Assembly: GCA_000708835.1 (NCBI GenBank)
Contig: DF237071.1
Span: 121,945 to 185,944, forward strand
Reading direction: 5' to 3'
Length of the DNA: 64,000 nucleotides
Source: Klebsormidium nitens
Lineage: Eukaryota > Plantae > Klebsormidiophyceae
Both the position numbers and the translations under genes were made by a program. Shown here piece by piece: positions 1-12,777 of the stretch. The notes under the pieces are model-generated. The model ran no database searches. It saw only the letters and a program-made list of their open reading frames with translations, and had not been told where the DNA came from. Numbering within the stretch: the first letter of the stretch is position 1; each line of letters opens with the position of its first letter.

Positions 1-272
1 CGGCCCCGACCCCACGTACTTATTAAGCCCCATGCTTCGATACGGGCTTTATAAAGTGATGTATCAGTGATCCATTGAGCTTCAATTCATACTGTTAGAA
101 TCCTCCAATCTCGAGATCCGTTCTTTTAGCTTCGACCCCAACGGTGAAACCTTTCCCTTCACGAGATCCACATTCTCAGCTTCGATGCCTCCGTCGTTAC
201 CCCGACGAAACGAAACCCGTCGGTGTCGAGTCGCCAGCCCTCTTCTCACGCACGCCCTTCTTGACACCGCAG

Positions 273-490
273 TTTGCCCCGCGACCCCCAACGGCCAGTG
301 CTCCAAGACCGGCAAGTGCGGCTGCTTCGGCACCTATTCCGGCGGCAGTTGCGCGGCCAGCAACTTTTTGAGCCCCGTCCCGTCGCCCCTCCCCGGTAAC
401 GGCGGCGGCTGCCAGGAGAATCTCTGCAACGCGGTCGCCGCGCAGAACGGCATCAGCGCCGCGTGCTGCCCCTCCGGCTGCAAGAACTGA
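273..490 (+). CDS. Terminal exon of a gene entering from the left edge; Cys-rich EGF-like module followed by a second Cys-rich segment (probably secreted or cell-surface)
   Basis: Acceptor ttgacaccgcag|273. Reads (V)CPATPNGQCSKTGKCGCFGTYSGGSC...CQENLC...CCPSGCKN* with TGA at 488-490. The C-x-C-x(3)-Y-x-G-x-x-C ending is EGF-like, and codon third positions are very GC-rich. Confidence 0.6.
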
Positions 491-620
491 GGCGGCCCAG
501 TCTAGTTCGCGTGGCGAGAATCTTATAACAGATTGAATGGCGGCGATAACGGAGGCGGCCCGGTCTAGTTCGCGTGTTGAGAAGGTGATTGCAGGTGGAA
601 CGGCGGCGAAACGGAGGCGG
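489..620. repeat. Imperfect ~63-bp tandem repeat just after the stop codon
   Basis: gaggcggccc(a/g)gtctagttcgcgtg at 489-513 and 552-576 (24/25 identical); ggcggcga(t)aacggaggcgg recurs near 539 and 602. Confidence 0.7.
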
Positions 621-2393
621 TTGAACTTATCAGCTTTGATGTAGAAGAGTTGTGAGAGTCGTAACGGTTTTGTAACGGGTTTTGGACGACGCGTGTCTGA
701 GAATCGAATGACAGTTGTATTTAAGGCTTCGTTAACCCATTTTGGAGAGATTTCCTGCGAGCGTGTCTGAGAATTGATAGATGTAGCGTCGGCTTGGTAA
801 ACCAGTATGAGGGAGGGTTTTGCGAGCGTCATGTAAGCCTTCGGCCCTGATGCAGTTCTCCGGAGGTGGAAGGAGTTGACACTTTAGCTGCGCACTTACG
901 AACCCTTTTGCGACGTAGCGCGCAGACCCTCGGTGGTTGTTGGTTTGAGAGTCCAGGTTTTAGTTCGATGTAGAGGTGTTGAGCCTAATTAAATCGAACG
1001 GCTTAAGCTGATGAGTTGAGTTCTTGACTCGGAGTCTGCTGAATTACGTACAGGAACAGCAACTAATCTGAGATTCGCTAGCGCGATGAACTCACGTGTT
1101 GTATAGGTTTGGCAATTTATTGGTAATTGGAAATCGAGGGGCATCAGCTCCCTCTCAGTTGAGTATGAAACACATCTCTGACTTTCTAAGTAAGCGTCTG
1201 TGGTTTCAACCATAACTGTCGCTTACCGTACTCAGGCTGTAAGACTTCACTTGCCGGTCGGAATCTGGGATCCCCACTTCTAACTTAGTATGATTCTCGC
1301 ATGTTGCATATTCTTAAATTCCATGTGCAGCCCGATCGCACAATATCGACGTAAGCAAGAATAAATGTAGAATTGCAATTTGATAACATTGAATTGGTGC
1401 TGATACTGCTTAGTGACATCCATGATATTTGCATGACAACGGAGATCCCCCAAGATGTGTCATCTTCATGCAGGCTTCGCACATGGGCGGCGCGGCCCGG
1501 GCCATGATGCATGGCAATTCGCGCACGTTCGTATGCGGTAATCCAAATATATGTTGCATCGAACCGTTGAATCCGATCCGATCTCGCCCTTCGACGCGCG
1601 AACGGCCGCCTAAGTTCATAACTTTCTCGGCACATGAAGTAGGACATATATACTTGTCCCCATATATCCCAGTGCATGGCTGGCAGATTAAAATACGTTG
1701 ACAAATGGTTGAGCAAGCTTGCTCAATGGACTCGAGTCAAGTTGACTGACATTGTACGTTGCCTGCTGAACTTGCAGTTTTCCAACAGGACGTCACGCAC
1801 ATGACTCGAATAATGAATCATCGGCACGTACCGTCTGATTATCAGTTCCAATCTGACTGTGATTCATATGCCACCGTCATGTCGGATTTTTTCGAATCAA
1901 TTATTGGTCAGGCTATCAATGGCAAGGGCTTCTAACCGGATTTCGCTTGTTAAGTCACAGTGACAGGTGGCTGCATGCATTGCACGACATCCAGCACGGC
2001 CAGCCCGAGTGCTAGCTTGTCTACATCCGCTGGTAAGTTCCCGGCCTGCCAGTGCCCAAAGCACCAAACAACATGTTCGCAAGAGTTGACAAATGATTGC
2101 ACGTTAAACTGAAACCTACTTGCACTTAGTTCGCACGCTTTGCGCCATCGTCCGGCACTAAAAGCTTATTCGCTACACTCGAACGACGCCTGCAGTCCTC
2201 ACTTCTATACAGCTTGACAATCTGCGTGGCTGGCTGTGTCGCGGTCCCGGCTCCGTCTACAGTTTCGGTTAACAAGCCTGGCCACCGCTTCGTGCTGCAA
2301 ACACAGCGCGCTAACCGCCTTGGTAACGTGGTCAACACGTGCCCTATGCGTCTATGGGGATTGGGTGTTAGAGGAGTCGGGGCGACCTAACTG

Positions 2394-5300
2394 TTATTCT
2401 CTCTCCACGGCTGCTGTCGAAGGCTTCCTGTCTGGGTTACGGGGCCGATCCTCGGTGGACTCTTCTTGTGGGCTCTTCAGTTGTAAAAGGAGCTTGGCGA
2501 TGAAGTCGTCCCGATCCGGACCGGTCTGCCCCTCGACGATTTGCTGCGGAGAAAATGAGGACTTTGATGCGTGCTCCAATGCATTTTAATGTCAACGGGC
2601 TTCGATCAAGGGCTCAGCTTAGCAAGAGCTCGTGGAGCCCACAAGGCTACGAAGCGCTAAACGGTAACCGAAAAACATCCGGTAAAAGAAACCCATTCAG
2701 TCCGCTAACCACCTTCACCCCTCACACATCCAATTCAGCAGCAACCCAGACGAGAAGCGATTGTTCATTGTCGTCGACTCCTTGCCATAGCCCTAGACAG
2801 CTACAAAGGACTCCATTGGGCGATGACTAGGAGAACAGAGCAATCAGAGACATCGAGTGACGTCAGCAAAACTCGTTTGCAGCCGCAATGTTAGTGCAAA
2901 AACATCCGCATCCCACTCAGCCTACTTTCTACAAAAACGCAAAGGACAGGAAAGGGCAATGGGAAAGCGACACTTTTAGATCCACTCACAACGACCCAGA
3001 CACTTGCTCCTCCCTCGTCGTTCAATGCCACCGGCACCCCTGGAAAAATCATGTAATCATGTGTTTTCAGAATCTCTACGGCCTTGAACGTTGCAAATTC
3101 ACCGTTCTCAAGCAAGTCTTTTCATGATTCTCGTATCAAAGTTTTTCAAATCAGAGGGTTCGGGCGACTAACCTCCAATACTGGCACCACCCCTTGCTCT
3201 TTGACCGCTTCCAGATTCTCCGGGAAAGCGCACACGGCGTGAAGCACTCGAACGGCCGCCCGTTGCAGCCTCCTTTCGGACGACTTCAAATTTCGGACAA
3301 GCCACGGCGCCGCTCTTGCCTGGACAATCAACTGCACGAACGCGAGCGCATCGCTTATGCTTTTTCCGCTAAAGGCCTGCTCCCCCCCCCCTTTTTCGGA
3401 GCTCTTTCGGAGCTCCGCAAGAGAACTAAAACCGCTCCCGTTACGATAAAAACCACACGGAAGGACCAGCGACGCGGATTATTCTGCATGCAAAGTCTGA
3501 CGTTTCGACGATGACGAGAAAAGCTCGAGTCGTCGTACTCTACTGCAGACTGGGCTGTCAATCTCGCAACGACCGAAAGGCTTGACACATCAAACCCGTT
3601 GATCCTGGACCTCGTCCAAACCAATGAGGTATAGAGTAGTGGAGCTATCGCAACACGTTCAAGCTGGGACGGTACCGGAACAGATGGTGGAGTTGAAAGA
3701 TGTAAGACTGGATTTTGGACCATTTGATATCGGATGGGCAAACCCGAAATCAAAATTCGGACTCAGTGAACGCAGTCTGCGGCTGCTCGTGCGCGTCTGT
3801 TCTTGTCGTCGCGTTTTGAAGTACCACTAGGGGACGAGCAGCGCGCGACAGCGTCACACACGCGCGTGTGCAGCCGCAGACTGGTTCAGATAGTCCGAAA
3901 TTATATATCGGCTTTGCCCGTCCGAAATCTAAATCGTCCGAAATTGGGCGCACCAGTCTTAAGAGTTTACAGCAAAGTACAATCTGCTCTGAAGATTACT
4001 GATCCTTTTCTGAAACGGCAATGTTGTAGAATCAAAACTTTCATCAGCAATCTGCGCGCAGCTGTTGACAACAGAAAATATCAGAGTTTAAGGAACAGAT
4101 ATGAGCCCATATGAAGAGTTAATGGCTGTAGGGCGGTACGCCTTTCGGTTGACACAGGACCTGGTTTCTGCCACGGTTTCCTGACGTCACGGCTTACATG
4201 ACTGATCTCCGCGTCTGTTGCCAGGTTCTTGAGCGCCTCCATCCCGACCAGCTGCGCCGGGGGGGTGCCGCTCTTGACCAGCTCAGTTAGGGCGGGGATC
4301 CCCCCTTCCCCAGAGATCAGCGGCTTGTTCGCATCGAAGAGAGCCAGGTTTGCAAGCGCACCAGCAGCGGCCTCCTACAAGGAATCAATGGTCGTGGGTT
4401 TGAGCACGATGGAGAAATGTACATAAAAGCAGGTCCAAATTATATATACAAGAAAAATCAAGAAGCTGCCCGTAACTCTCTCTCTCCTGAGCCCTACACA
4501 TCAATCCTTAAAACCATGCGGATAAGAACATGCAAAAAAAGAAAGAAAGTGAGGTGCGGGAGCTGGAAGGCATGCGTTACAGGAACAGCGGGCTCGATAT
4601 GGCCGTGCAAACCCTTCCTGAGGGCGCACGAAACAATCTCCGACTGACTTTCACTTAATTTAACTAGTTCTCCGAACGACTTCTGACTTGACGGGACTTG
4701 CTTCGCTTTTCACGTGCAAACCTCCGAAGCTGGTTCCCGCTACTCCATTGTTAGGTCGGAGCAATAGGTAATGTACGACCAAACCCGGAACCGGGACGGA
4801 CCTGGAACCCAGGAAACCCAAACCCATACCCAAACCCAAACCCTTACCGGCATCCCCGCCGGAACGTTCGGCCCCCGCTTCCCCAGGATCTTGATCAGCG
4901 GCCCCACCGCGCCCGACTCCCCGATCGCCTTCTGGTACTCCCCTCCCCCCGCCGCGAGGTTTCTCAGCGCGCCGGCCGCCGCCATCTGAGAGCTGATCTC
5001 TGGCGCCAGAAGCATTTTGAAGAGAGCGGGGACCGCCCCCGCCTGCACGATCTGCCCGCGGTGCGCGTCGTCGGTCGCAAGGTTCTGGAGCGTGGCGGCC
5101 GAGGCCTCCTTGGCGGCGGGGCTCTGGGGGTTGTGCAGGAGGCGCACCTGTCCGGGGGTTAAACCGTCAGTACTTTCAGTGGGGAGAAAGAGGACCAAAA
5201 AAGGACTTTCTTCGAGATTAACGTGAAGGGAGCGTGGCCGCGGACGTTTCCTCCCCGGCAGGGCTCTGGGGGTTGTGCAGGAGGCGCATCAGTTGAGGGG

Positions 5301-8300
5301 GTTACTTTTGTTAGCGTTTTGAGAGGAGGCGGGGGTGGTGGCGGTGAAAGATGGGGCACTGATTTTTGGAATTATCATGTGGATAGGTGAGCACAAAAAT
5401 AGTGAAAGGGGGAGTGTTGCATTGAAAGCCTCCACGGCAGCGACAGAAGGAGGGTCTGATCGCCTTACCAATGGCGAAATGCAAGCCCGCTATGCACTAA
5501 CTCCCATTCAAATTGCGCACTTGGCAAAACGGAAGGGCCTTCGTCTAGTCGCTTAAGCACCAAGTCGCACTTCCTTAAGTAATAAGTAAAAAGACCTATA
5601 TGCAAAGGCTCCGACATAATTCTCTAAACACAGGGAGTTCGTACGAATTTGCGGCTGGCTGGCGAATAGGAGCCCTGGGCGGTATATTAGCAAAAGTCAC
5701 GCAACCCTGATCGCGCAATCAGATAAATTGCGCCGCAATCTCTGCAACGGCTCACCAGCGGTGGAATGGCGCCGTTTTGTACGATGATCTCCTCCATGCC
5801 GTCGGCCATAGCTAGGCTTCGCAGCGCCCCCGCGGCCGCCTCTGGTGCACCTGTGAGACAGAACACAATCCAAAGCTCAGGAACAAGTACTCACGAGGAT
5901 TGAAGCGAGAGACACCAATCTGGGAGCCGCTGAATACATAGCCGTGACTCCATCAAATGTCGAACATATTGAGCTGAACAAGATAGCTCCAACTCGGTTT
6001 TCAATATCTGAAACTAAAGGGGGCCGCTGAAGCAGCAGAGTAACAGAATTTTGGCCGCTCTGAATAGCTAGGCTAAGGAAGTATCAGAATCCAGGAGCTG
6101 GAGCTTAGTTGAAGAGCGAGGATCCTGAACCAGCAGGGACGATCCAAACGTGATGCAAAGAACAAGAACCAGACAGCTCGGAAAGTAGCCCACGACAAGA
6201 CACGGGCGTTGCGCAAGCTTAGAACGAAGCCGCACAACCCTGGTTTCTGACATAGGGACAAAGCAACGCGAATGTATCAGCTACAAAATAGCTGCGTGTT
6301 CCACCCGACAATGTGAGCCGTGGAGGATTCTACAAGATCCAGGTTGCCCAAATGAAGGGTGACGTTGCTCACATCCATCCGCAAACCGGGTTTGATACTT
6401 CAAATCAAGCTCTTTCTGGAGTGTAAAGAGCGCGCGCACTTTTACGACACATGGCCGTAGCTTACGGTACACACTCAGCGCTTATGCAGCCCTTAGGCCT
6501 CACCTTGCGTGGTGGAACGTAGAAGCGACACGAGGGGCCCAATGGCGCCGGCGGCCATAATGGCGCGCTTCTGGCCCGTTGACTTGTACGCGAGGTTCCG
6601 CAAACTGGACGCGGCTTGCACCTGGAAGCAACCAACGTTTCATGATTTGATTAGTTCGAAGGCCGGTAGACTGTAGCACCTAAAAGACTTGCATTGCGGT
6701 CTCGAACTGCGGAGCTTTTGGGAGGCGTTCGACCGTAGCATGCACAAATGCTGGATATGCGGACCATATCAGCACTGGCCAGCGAAGTTTTTTGCAAGGT
6801 TTTGCAATGTGATTGCGGCTTGCACCTAGGCGCAACTGTCTTTTGGGATGTCGAGCGCCTTGAAACCTGAGGCCGTGACACCGTAGCACCTGAGAGGTTT
6901 GTGACTGCTTTTTGGTTGTGCTTCCGATTGTGCTTCTGATTTTGATTTCCGCACGTCAGCTGCAATTTGCACTCAGAGACACGTCCTTATGACTGCAATG
7001 GACAATGTGAAGAAGAAGGTCGACATGTAAATCATACGACCAATCGCAGGAGCAACCAGAAATGGAAGAGCAGGCTTCTTCACACGAATGCAAGCAATCA
7101 AAGAAGTCACGTAAACACTCAAGAGCAGATGTGTAGTCGTGACAACTGAAAGCGGAACCATATCCCTCCTCGCGTAATCAACGAACCTGGGAAATAATGA
7201 CGATCAACCAGACGTGTTCCGCTACTCACTTCCGCTATAGTGACGAAGCTGGGACTAATATGACGATTGAAAGCGGCAACACGAGTCTGCACGATATTGT
7301 TCAGAAACTAGGATACTTTGCTTCTTTTCCTTCTTTCAACTCATATAATGAGTCATTTGTGTTGAAACGTACCTTCCCCCGGGGCGTCCCGGACCAGAGC
7401 ACGTCCACCAGCAGCTTCAGCCCGTCCGACTCGAGCAGCGCATTCCGGCCCTCCTCCAAGAGGGTGAGGACACGTGTCAGCCCAGCGGCGGCTTCCCGGT
7501 CTTCATGGGAACCCCGCTCGAGGACCATCAACAGAATTTCGGTGACCGGTCCCTTCGCCTGGGCCAGCAACGCGCGCCCGTGCTCTTGTTCGAACTCGCC
7601 GGCGAGAGCCAGTTTCCCCAGGAGCAAAATCGAGTCCTCGAGGCTGGGGGATGTTTCGTTGGGGGGGGCTGTGAGCCGTTTTGGCTCGGGGGCAGTCAAG
7701 CTAACCTGGGCGCTAAAACTATTTAACAGCGACGTGGGCAGTACTGATTGTAAGTAGCTGGGCAGTGACGTGGACCGTAGGAGAGCCCGCGGCGAGAGTG
7801 ACATCAGCGAGGCGGGAAACGCGCCGTCCTCTGGCACCGGGGCCGTGTCCGAGGGGCTCGGAGGGGGGGGGTTCTCTGGCTGGGAACCGCTGCTGTTCTT
7901 GCCCCCCTTTTGTGGGAGGGGGGCAACTTGGGATAATTTAGGGGCAGTCAGTGCGGCCTGTTTTTGGAGAGGGGGGTTTTGACTGGTGGCCTTGATGATG
8001 CGTGCAATCAGTTGGGGGACCGCATCCTTCGCGTCGGCGGGTAAACCCGCGTCAACGAGCAGCGCTCCCACGGGTATGGACGTCTCCGCCTTGGACTGCG
8101 ACATTGCCTTTCGAAGGACGGAGTTCGTTTTCGGGCTGGGGATGCGGGCTGGCGGCAGCCGCCCGAGGTTTCTGGATATGAGGGGGGGGGACGCAAACCC
8201 CGGAGCCGAGGAGGGACCCAAATCGACGGTGGCGTCGATGGTTGCCGGGCCCAGAGAAAAGGGCTGCTTTTCCCGGGGAGACCGAGGGGGGTCTCGGGGC

Positions 8301-11180
8301 TTGCTAGATGGCGAGTGCGGGTGTTTCGGCGGCAGGGGGGAGGTGGGCGGAGATTTAGGTGCTTTGGGGGGCTTGCTCGAGCCGATTGACAGCTGTCGCG
8401 AATGCTTGCCAGGTGGCGTTCCGACGGGCGAGCTGGGAGTGCTGGAGCTTTTGCGCCGGGGAGACGGGGTTGGGCTGTCATAACCCCCCTCGAGAGATTG
8501 GATCTCCCCGGAGGGTTTGAACGGGGGGGGGTCGATGGCGGAGTGGCTGGTGGTGCGCTTGAGATAGCGCTCGTCGCTGTGGCGGGCTGAAGCAGGGGGG
8601 AGCACGTCGTTGGAGGATCCAATGCGTTGCAGTATTGGGGTGGGCGCCAAACCTGTGGAATGGAAGAACGCTTTCAAATTACTTCTTTCTGCCGTCCACC
8701 TGGCGAAATGACGGCTCTCAATGCCCCAGTCCTTCATGCATCTTTGTTGTAACAAAGGTCGAAGCCCAGATAGAAGTGTGCGAAGTCAATCAAATCAGCC
8801 CGTCCTTACATGACTCAGTGCCAAAGATGCTCGACGGATTGGTTTGTGAACCAGGCAGGTATTATCTGGTTGCTTGAACGGGAGCTATGCCGGTTGAGCT
8901 AGACATTGATTGCTCAGTCGGCTGAAGATATTTCTTGTCAATGGCTCTTCAACCTCACAATTGCCTCTGTGACACCTTCCTCATATGACAATTATGGCCA
9001 CAGGGCGGAAACTGTCCGGTTGCGGGGAGTATGCTGGAAAAAAAGAAAAAGAGTGTAGGACGTGAGATTGTACACAGTGCCTTCAAACCCTTGCTTTGAG
9101 CAGGGGATGGCATTACCAGCAAATTCACGATGAATTCCAATGACCGTTTGTGGTCCCTCTAAAAAACCCAATCGTCGCCATCAGTGTTTGCTCCAGTCGT
9201 CTGTGATGCTTCTAGCTCCATGCTATATGGGATCATTAAAGCAGTCAACAGAGAAAATTCTTCACACCAAGCAACGCTGGAAACTTTGCGCCTACCTTTG
9301 CCTCCTTCAGACTGCGCCAACTCCTCCTTGTTCTTCTCCAACCACTTCTTGAACAGCGCACTCCGGTCGATCACTTTTGGACTGCCCCCTTCCGAAGTTG
9401 ATGCCAGGCTCCTCCGCACATCAGCATCCACCTTCGCCTTCCCCCTGTCCACATCAACGTCCACCTCTGCTTTTCTGCTCGCTCCAGGCCTCAATCCCGT
9501 GTCCTTGCTCTCCGCACCACCCCTCTGTTGATCACCCTTCTGCCTTTCCTGCGGACTTTTTTGACTCTCTTCAAGCCCTCTTGATCCGCTGCCGCCTCTT
9601 TCCACTCCTCTACTGCTGCCTTCTGCACTCTGGCCCCCCTCTTTTAGCTTGTCGGACGTTGGACTTTTTGGGCTCCTTGGACTGCCCGGAACCACCCCTC
9701 CGCCAACTTTCTTTCCTTCTGCTGCACCCAGCTGAAAGCTAACCCGCTTTGGTTCAGAGTGGGTTTTCCGCTGACCCAGCCCATCCGGCGCAAAGACCGT
9801 AGCCCCTTTAATTGAGCCTGTCGCAAACGAGTTGGCCCGCCCAAGCTTCCCAAACGTAGAGACCCCAAACACCACATCGTTTGCCATTGCCGGCGTGTCC
9901 GTGTAGAGCGGCCGAGAAACTGGGGGGGTGATTATCAGATGCTCTGGTCCTGCCTTCGGACTGTCCGCGCCAGTTCTTCCGCTCGTGCTGGCGACCTCGC
10001 TACCCCGACCCCTAACCCCTCTTGTTGTCGTGTCCGACGCACTGCTTGCCGTCGATTTACTGTCCCCATGCTTCCGCGCTTCTGGCTGAGACGGCGTGCT
10101 GCTACTCACGCTGGCACTGTCGCTCAAATGCCGTCCAGGCACCGTTCGTACAATCGCCCTCTCCTTAGGCACAACTGGCGGCTCGAGCACCGCACGCTTG
10201 AAACCTTCTGCCTGAGCCTCGGCGCTTTTGACACCTGTTCTTCTTGCGGCCCCGTCTACTCCGTCTGATGAGGGCCCGTTCGCACCGTGGGAAGGCTTTC
10301 TCGAAGGACCGCTCACGCTGAAAGCGCTGTCGAATGTGCTGCTGCTGCTTGCTGCAGGCTTTGTGACAAACGCACAGGACGTGCTCTCTGCCTTGTTGGC
10401 ACTCGTCCCAGCTCCAATCTCTTCACAATGCTCCCCCACAACAGCGTCATTCTCGCCAGCAGACAGTGACCCTTGCTGCTGTTCCAGTTCTACAACCGCA
10501 TTCCTCCCGCCCCCAGGCTCTGCACTCGGGACCACGCCCGCTTTCCTTGCCCTCTCCTCCTTCCCCACCTCTCCATTCTCAGACTGCTCAATACCGTCCG
10601 CCCCCCGAGGATTGGCCCCAGAAACCCCCACCTCCTCCTCTCCAAACTCCCCGACCTCAGCACACTCGAGCGGCCCAAACCCCTCAGTCAGAACATACGA
10701 GTCCCGGAGGTTAAACGCATCCGCGAGCGGGGTGGAAGGCGACAGTGCACCCGCCCCTTCCTGCGAAGCAACAGTGACCCGAGCCCCTCCCCCATGAGAC
10801 CACAGCTTCGGACTCGACACAGGTTGCCCGTCTGCAGCCTGCTCCAGAAGCTTTCCGGGCTTGCTCCAGAAGTCAAACTCTTGGACATCCGAAACTGCAG
10901 GTCCTAGGGCGTCCAACACTGCAGGTCCGAGGGCATCTGAAACTGCACGCGACTTGCTAATGGACAGCGGACGCAACCCCAGCGACTCTTTCAAGTCTCG
11001 TTGAGGGCTGCTCCCAGACTCAGAGGGGGTGGGGTCTTGCGCGTTCTCTGCATCGGGCATGCTCTCGGCTATGCCGATCTCAGAAAGGACCGGCTCAACA
11101 CTCTGAGAAGGCATGTGCCGCTCTTCAGCCCCGTTGCTCTCCGCTCTGGTTTCCTCAGCGAGTCTCTCGTCGTTCCCCAT
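2394..11180 (-). CDS. Armadillo-repeat protein, 1387 aa: long Ser/Pro/Gly/Glu-rich disordered N-terminus and C-terminal ARM repeats
   Basis: Exons 11180-9296, 8652-7373, 6621-6504, 5850-5756, 5147-4848, 4374-4198, 3331-3173, 2543-2394. All GT-AG with matching phases, 4164 nt. ARM motifs include AASSLRNLA, AAAGALRSLA, GAVPALFKML, AAAGALRNLA and AAAGALANLA. An extra small exon in intron 1 cannot be excluded. Confidence 0.85.
4817..4843 (-). repeat. (GGGTTT)n run with five G3 tracts at the 5' end of ARM intron 5; G-quadruplex motif
   Basis: Sense strand reads |gtaaGGGtttGGGtttGGGtatGGGtttGGGttt. Confidence 0.7.
5261..5288 (-). repeat. Intronic copy of the 5' part of ARM exon 5
   Basis: 28-nt exact match of 5119-5146 at an offset of 142 bp; the copy has lost the acceptor AG. 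Confidence 0.85.
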
Positions 11181-12737
11181 CACAGGGAGCTGGCTATCTC
11201 AGCCGTATAAGAGACTCTACTTTCAAGATGAGAAGCATCACATCCAATCCACTCGCTGCCCCTTGAGCGGTAGGGTCAGAGGAGCTGGAACAGGGCCCTT
11301 ACGTCAACCTGAGCGCAAAACACCGGAAGACAGTTGTCAGAAGCTAGGCACCAGCGTTCCTACTATGTAGATGCTTGTGGGTGTGTTCTAGCAGGATTGC
11401 TGACACGACAAGCATGCAGGAAAACAGGTGGTCCGCTTGAAAAATCGTACTGTATGCGGATGACGAGGCCCAGGGAGTACAACAAGGGAAAGGATATAGA
11501 AGTGACTTTCCTCGGTTTGCGTCAGAATAGAAATCAGAGTCTCATATTGACCGATCGTTAAATCATCAACCAGGCTCTGGATCCCCCTTACACAAGAAGA
11601 ACACCAAAAGAGCAAACAGACTCTTGGCTCAGCTAAGCTTTGTGACAAACACCACTAGCTTCTTTCTTCGCTGAAATATCCAGACGTGACAAGCAGGTCA
11701 CAAGGTGGTTAAAATACTTGAAGGCTTCGCCACCCTGAACGAAGGACGAAAGCAGACGCTCATTTCAGGCAGCCACTCAGCAGCTGTAACTTTAAGAGTA
11801 CTTTATGCAGGATAACTTTGATATGCAGACATGTGACTGAGCAAAAAATATCACCTACAAATTACCGCGACTGAATTGCTCAACACGGCTTAAAGACGAT
11901 TGAAAACCCTACATGCAAGCACCGCACATGGCTCCAAAATATCTTGACAATGCAGATCTGAACGTAGGGAAAAACATATTTGCTTGTTAGATCTGCAGAT
12001 CAACAAAGCTTTCACAGCAACAATTTTATACTGACAGCACAATTGTACTCAGTCTGCAAAGCTTTTGGATCTGACAATTTGAAAGGAGTGCCGCTCAACA
12101 AACCTTTCGAGGCATATTTCACACTTTCATGATCAGAATAGAAAGGAACATGGCCTCTGTTTCACATCTGGACGTTCACCAGAGAAAGGAAGATCAGGGA
12201 GCCACGCAGCCAGTGATGCTCAGACTTCTCAGCATTGCCAATCGTACCAGTCCCCTTCCCTTTGCATGCCTCCATTTGGATTTCTTGACCTTCTGAATGA
12301 TCCGCTATGTCAAAATGCAGCATTCACAAAAGGAGAGCAATGACATCTAAGCACACCAGCAGAGATTTTGCAAACACCATTACCTTGTGCTTGGAGAGTG
12401 TCCGCATGCTTGCTTGGGAGGCCCCCTTGCCAATCTCTTTAGGCTACCGCTCTTTCAGGCCTTCTGGAAGAAAAAGCACGGTGCAATTGCGCTTGCCTCA
12501 TGAATAGCACTGTCAGGATTGATGCATCTTCGCAGAGAAGTCGTTTGGAAAAACACTACAGAAACAAGGTTGTAGCCGCTCAATCCCTCTGGGAATCGCT
12601 AGTGTCTCGGGCTTTCGAGAAGGGCGTGACAATCTTCTCTCAACGTGAGTTAGCAATGCCACAAGGCCATGGCGTCCCTCACATTGCATGACGGCGCCAT
12701 CCTCCCACACAGCAACGTGGCATGGACCATTCCTTCA

Positions 12738-12777
12738 TTCATTCACCCTCGTGTGTGTGTGTGTTCATTCACCCTCG
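12738..12777. repeat. (TG)6 microsatellite flanked by a 14-bp direct repeat
   Basis: ttcattcaccctcg at 12738-12751 and 12764-12777. Confidence 0.7.

Noticed and set aside
1290-2120. CATG/TGCA/GATC-rich intergenic tracts (also about 19.4-20.0, 39.7-40.3, 46.0-46.7 and 58.3-58.8 kb) as decayed transposons
   Set aside because: The composition is suggestive, but no termini, target-site duplication, ORF or shared sequence could be shown by eye; a repeat-library search is needed.
4808-4843. (TTTGGG)n as a telomere remnant
   Set aside because: Only five units, not TTTAGGG or TTTTAGGG, and located inside an intron donor; kept only as a G4 motif.
7770-10907. Many long plus-strand ORFs in the ORF track (also 23658-24461 and 52444-53229)
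   Set aside because: They are antisense shadows of GC-rich or low-complexity coding exons, with no independent motifs.
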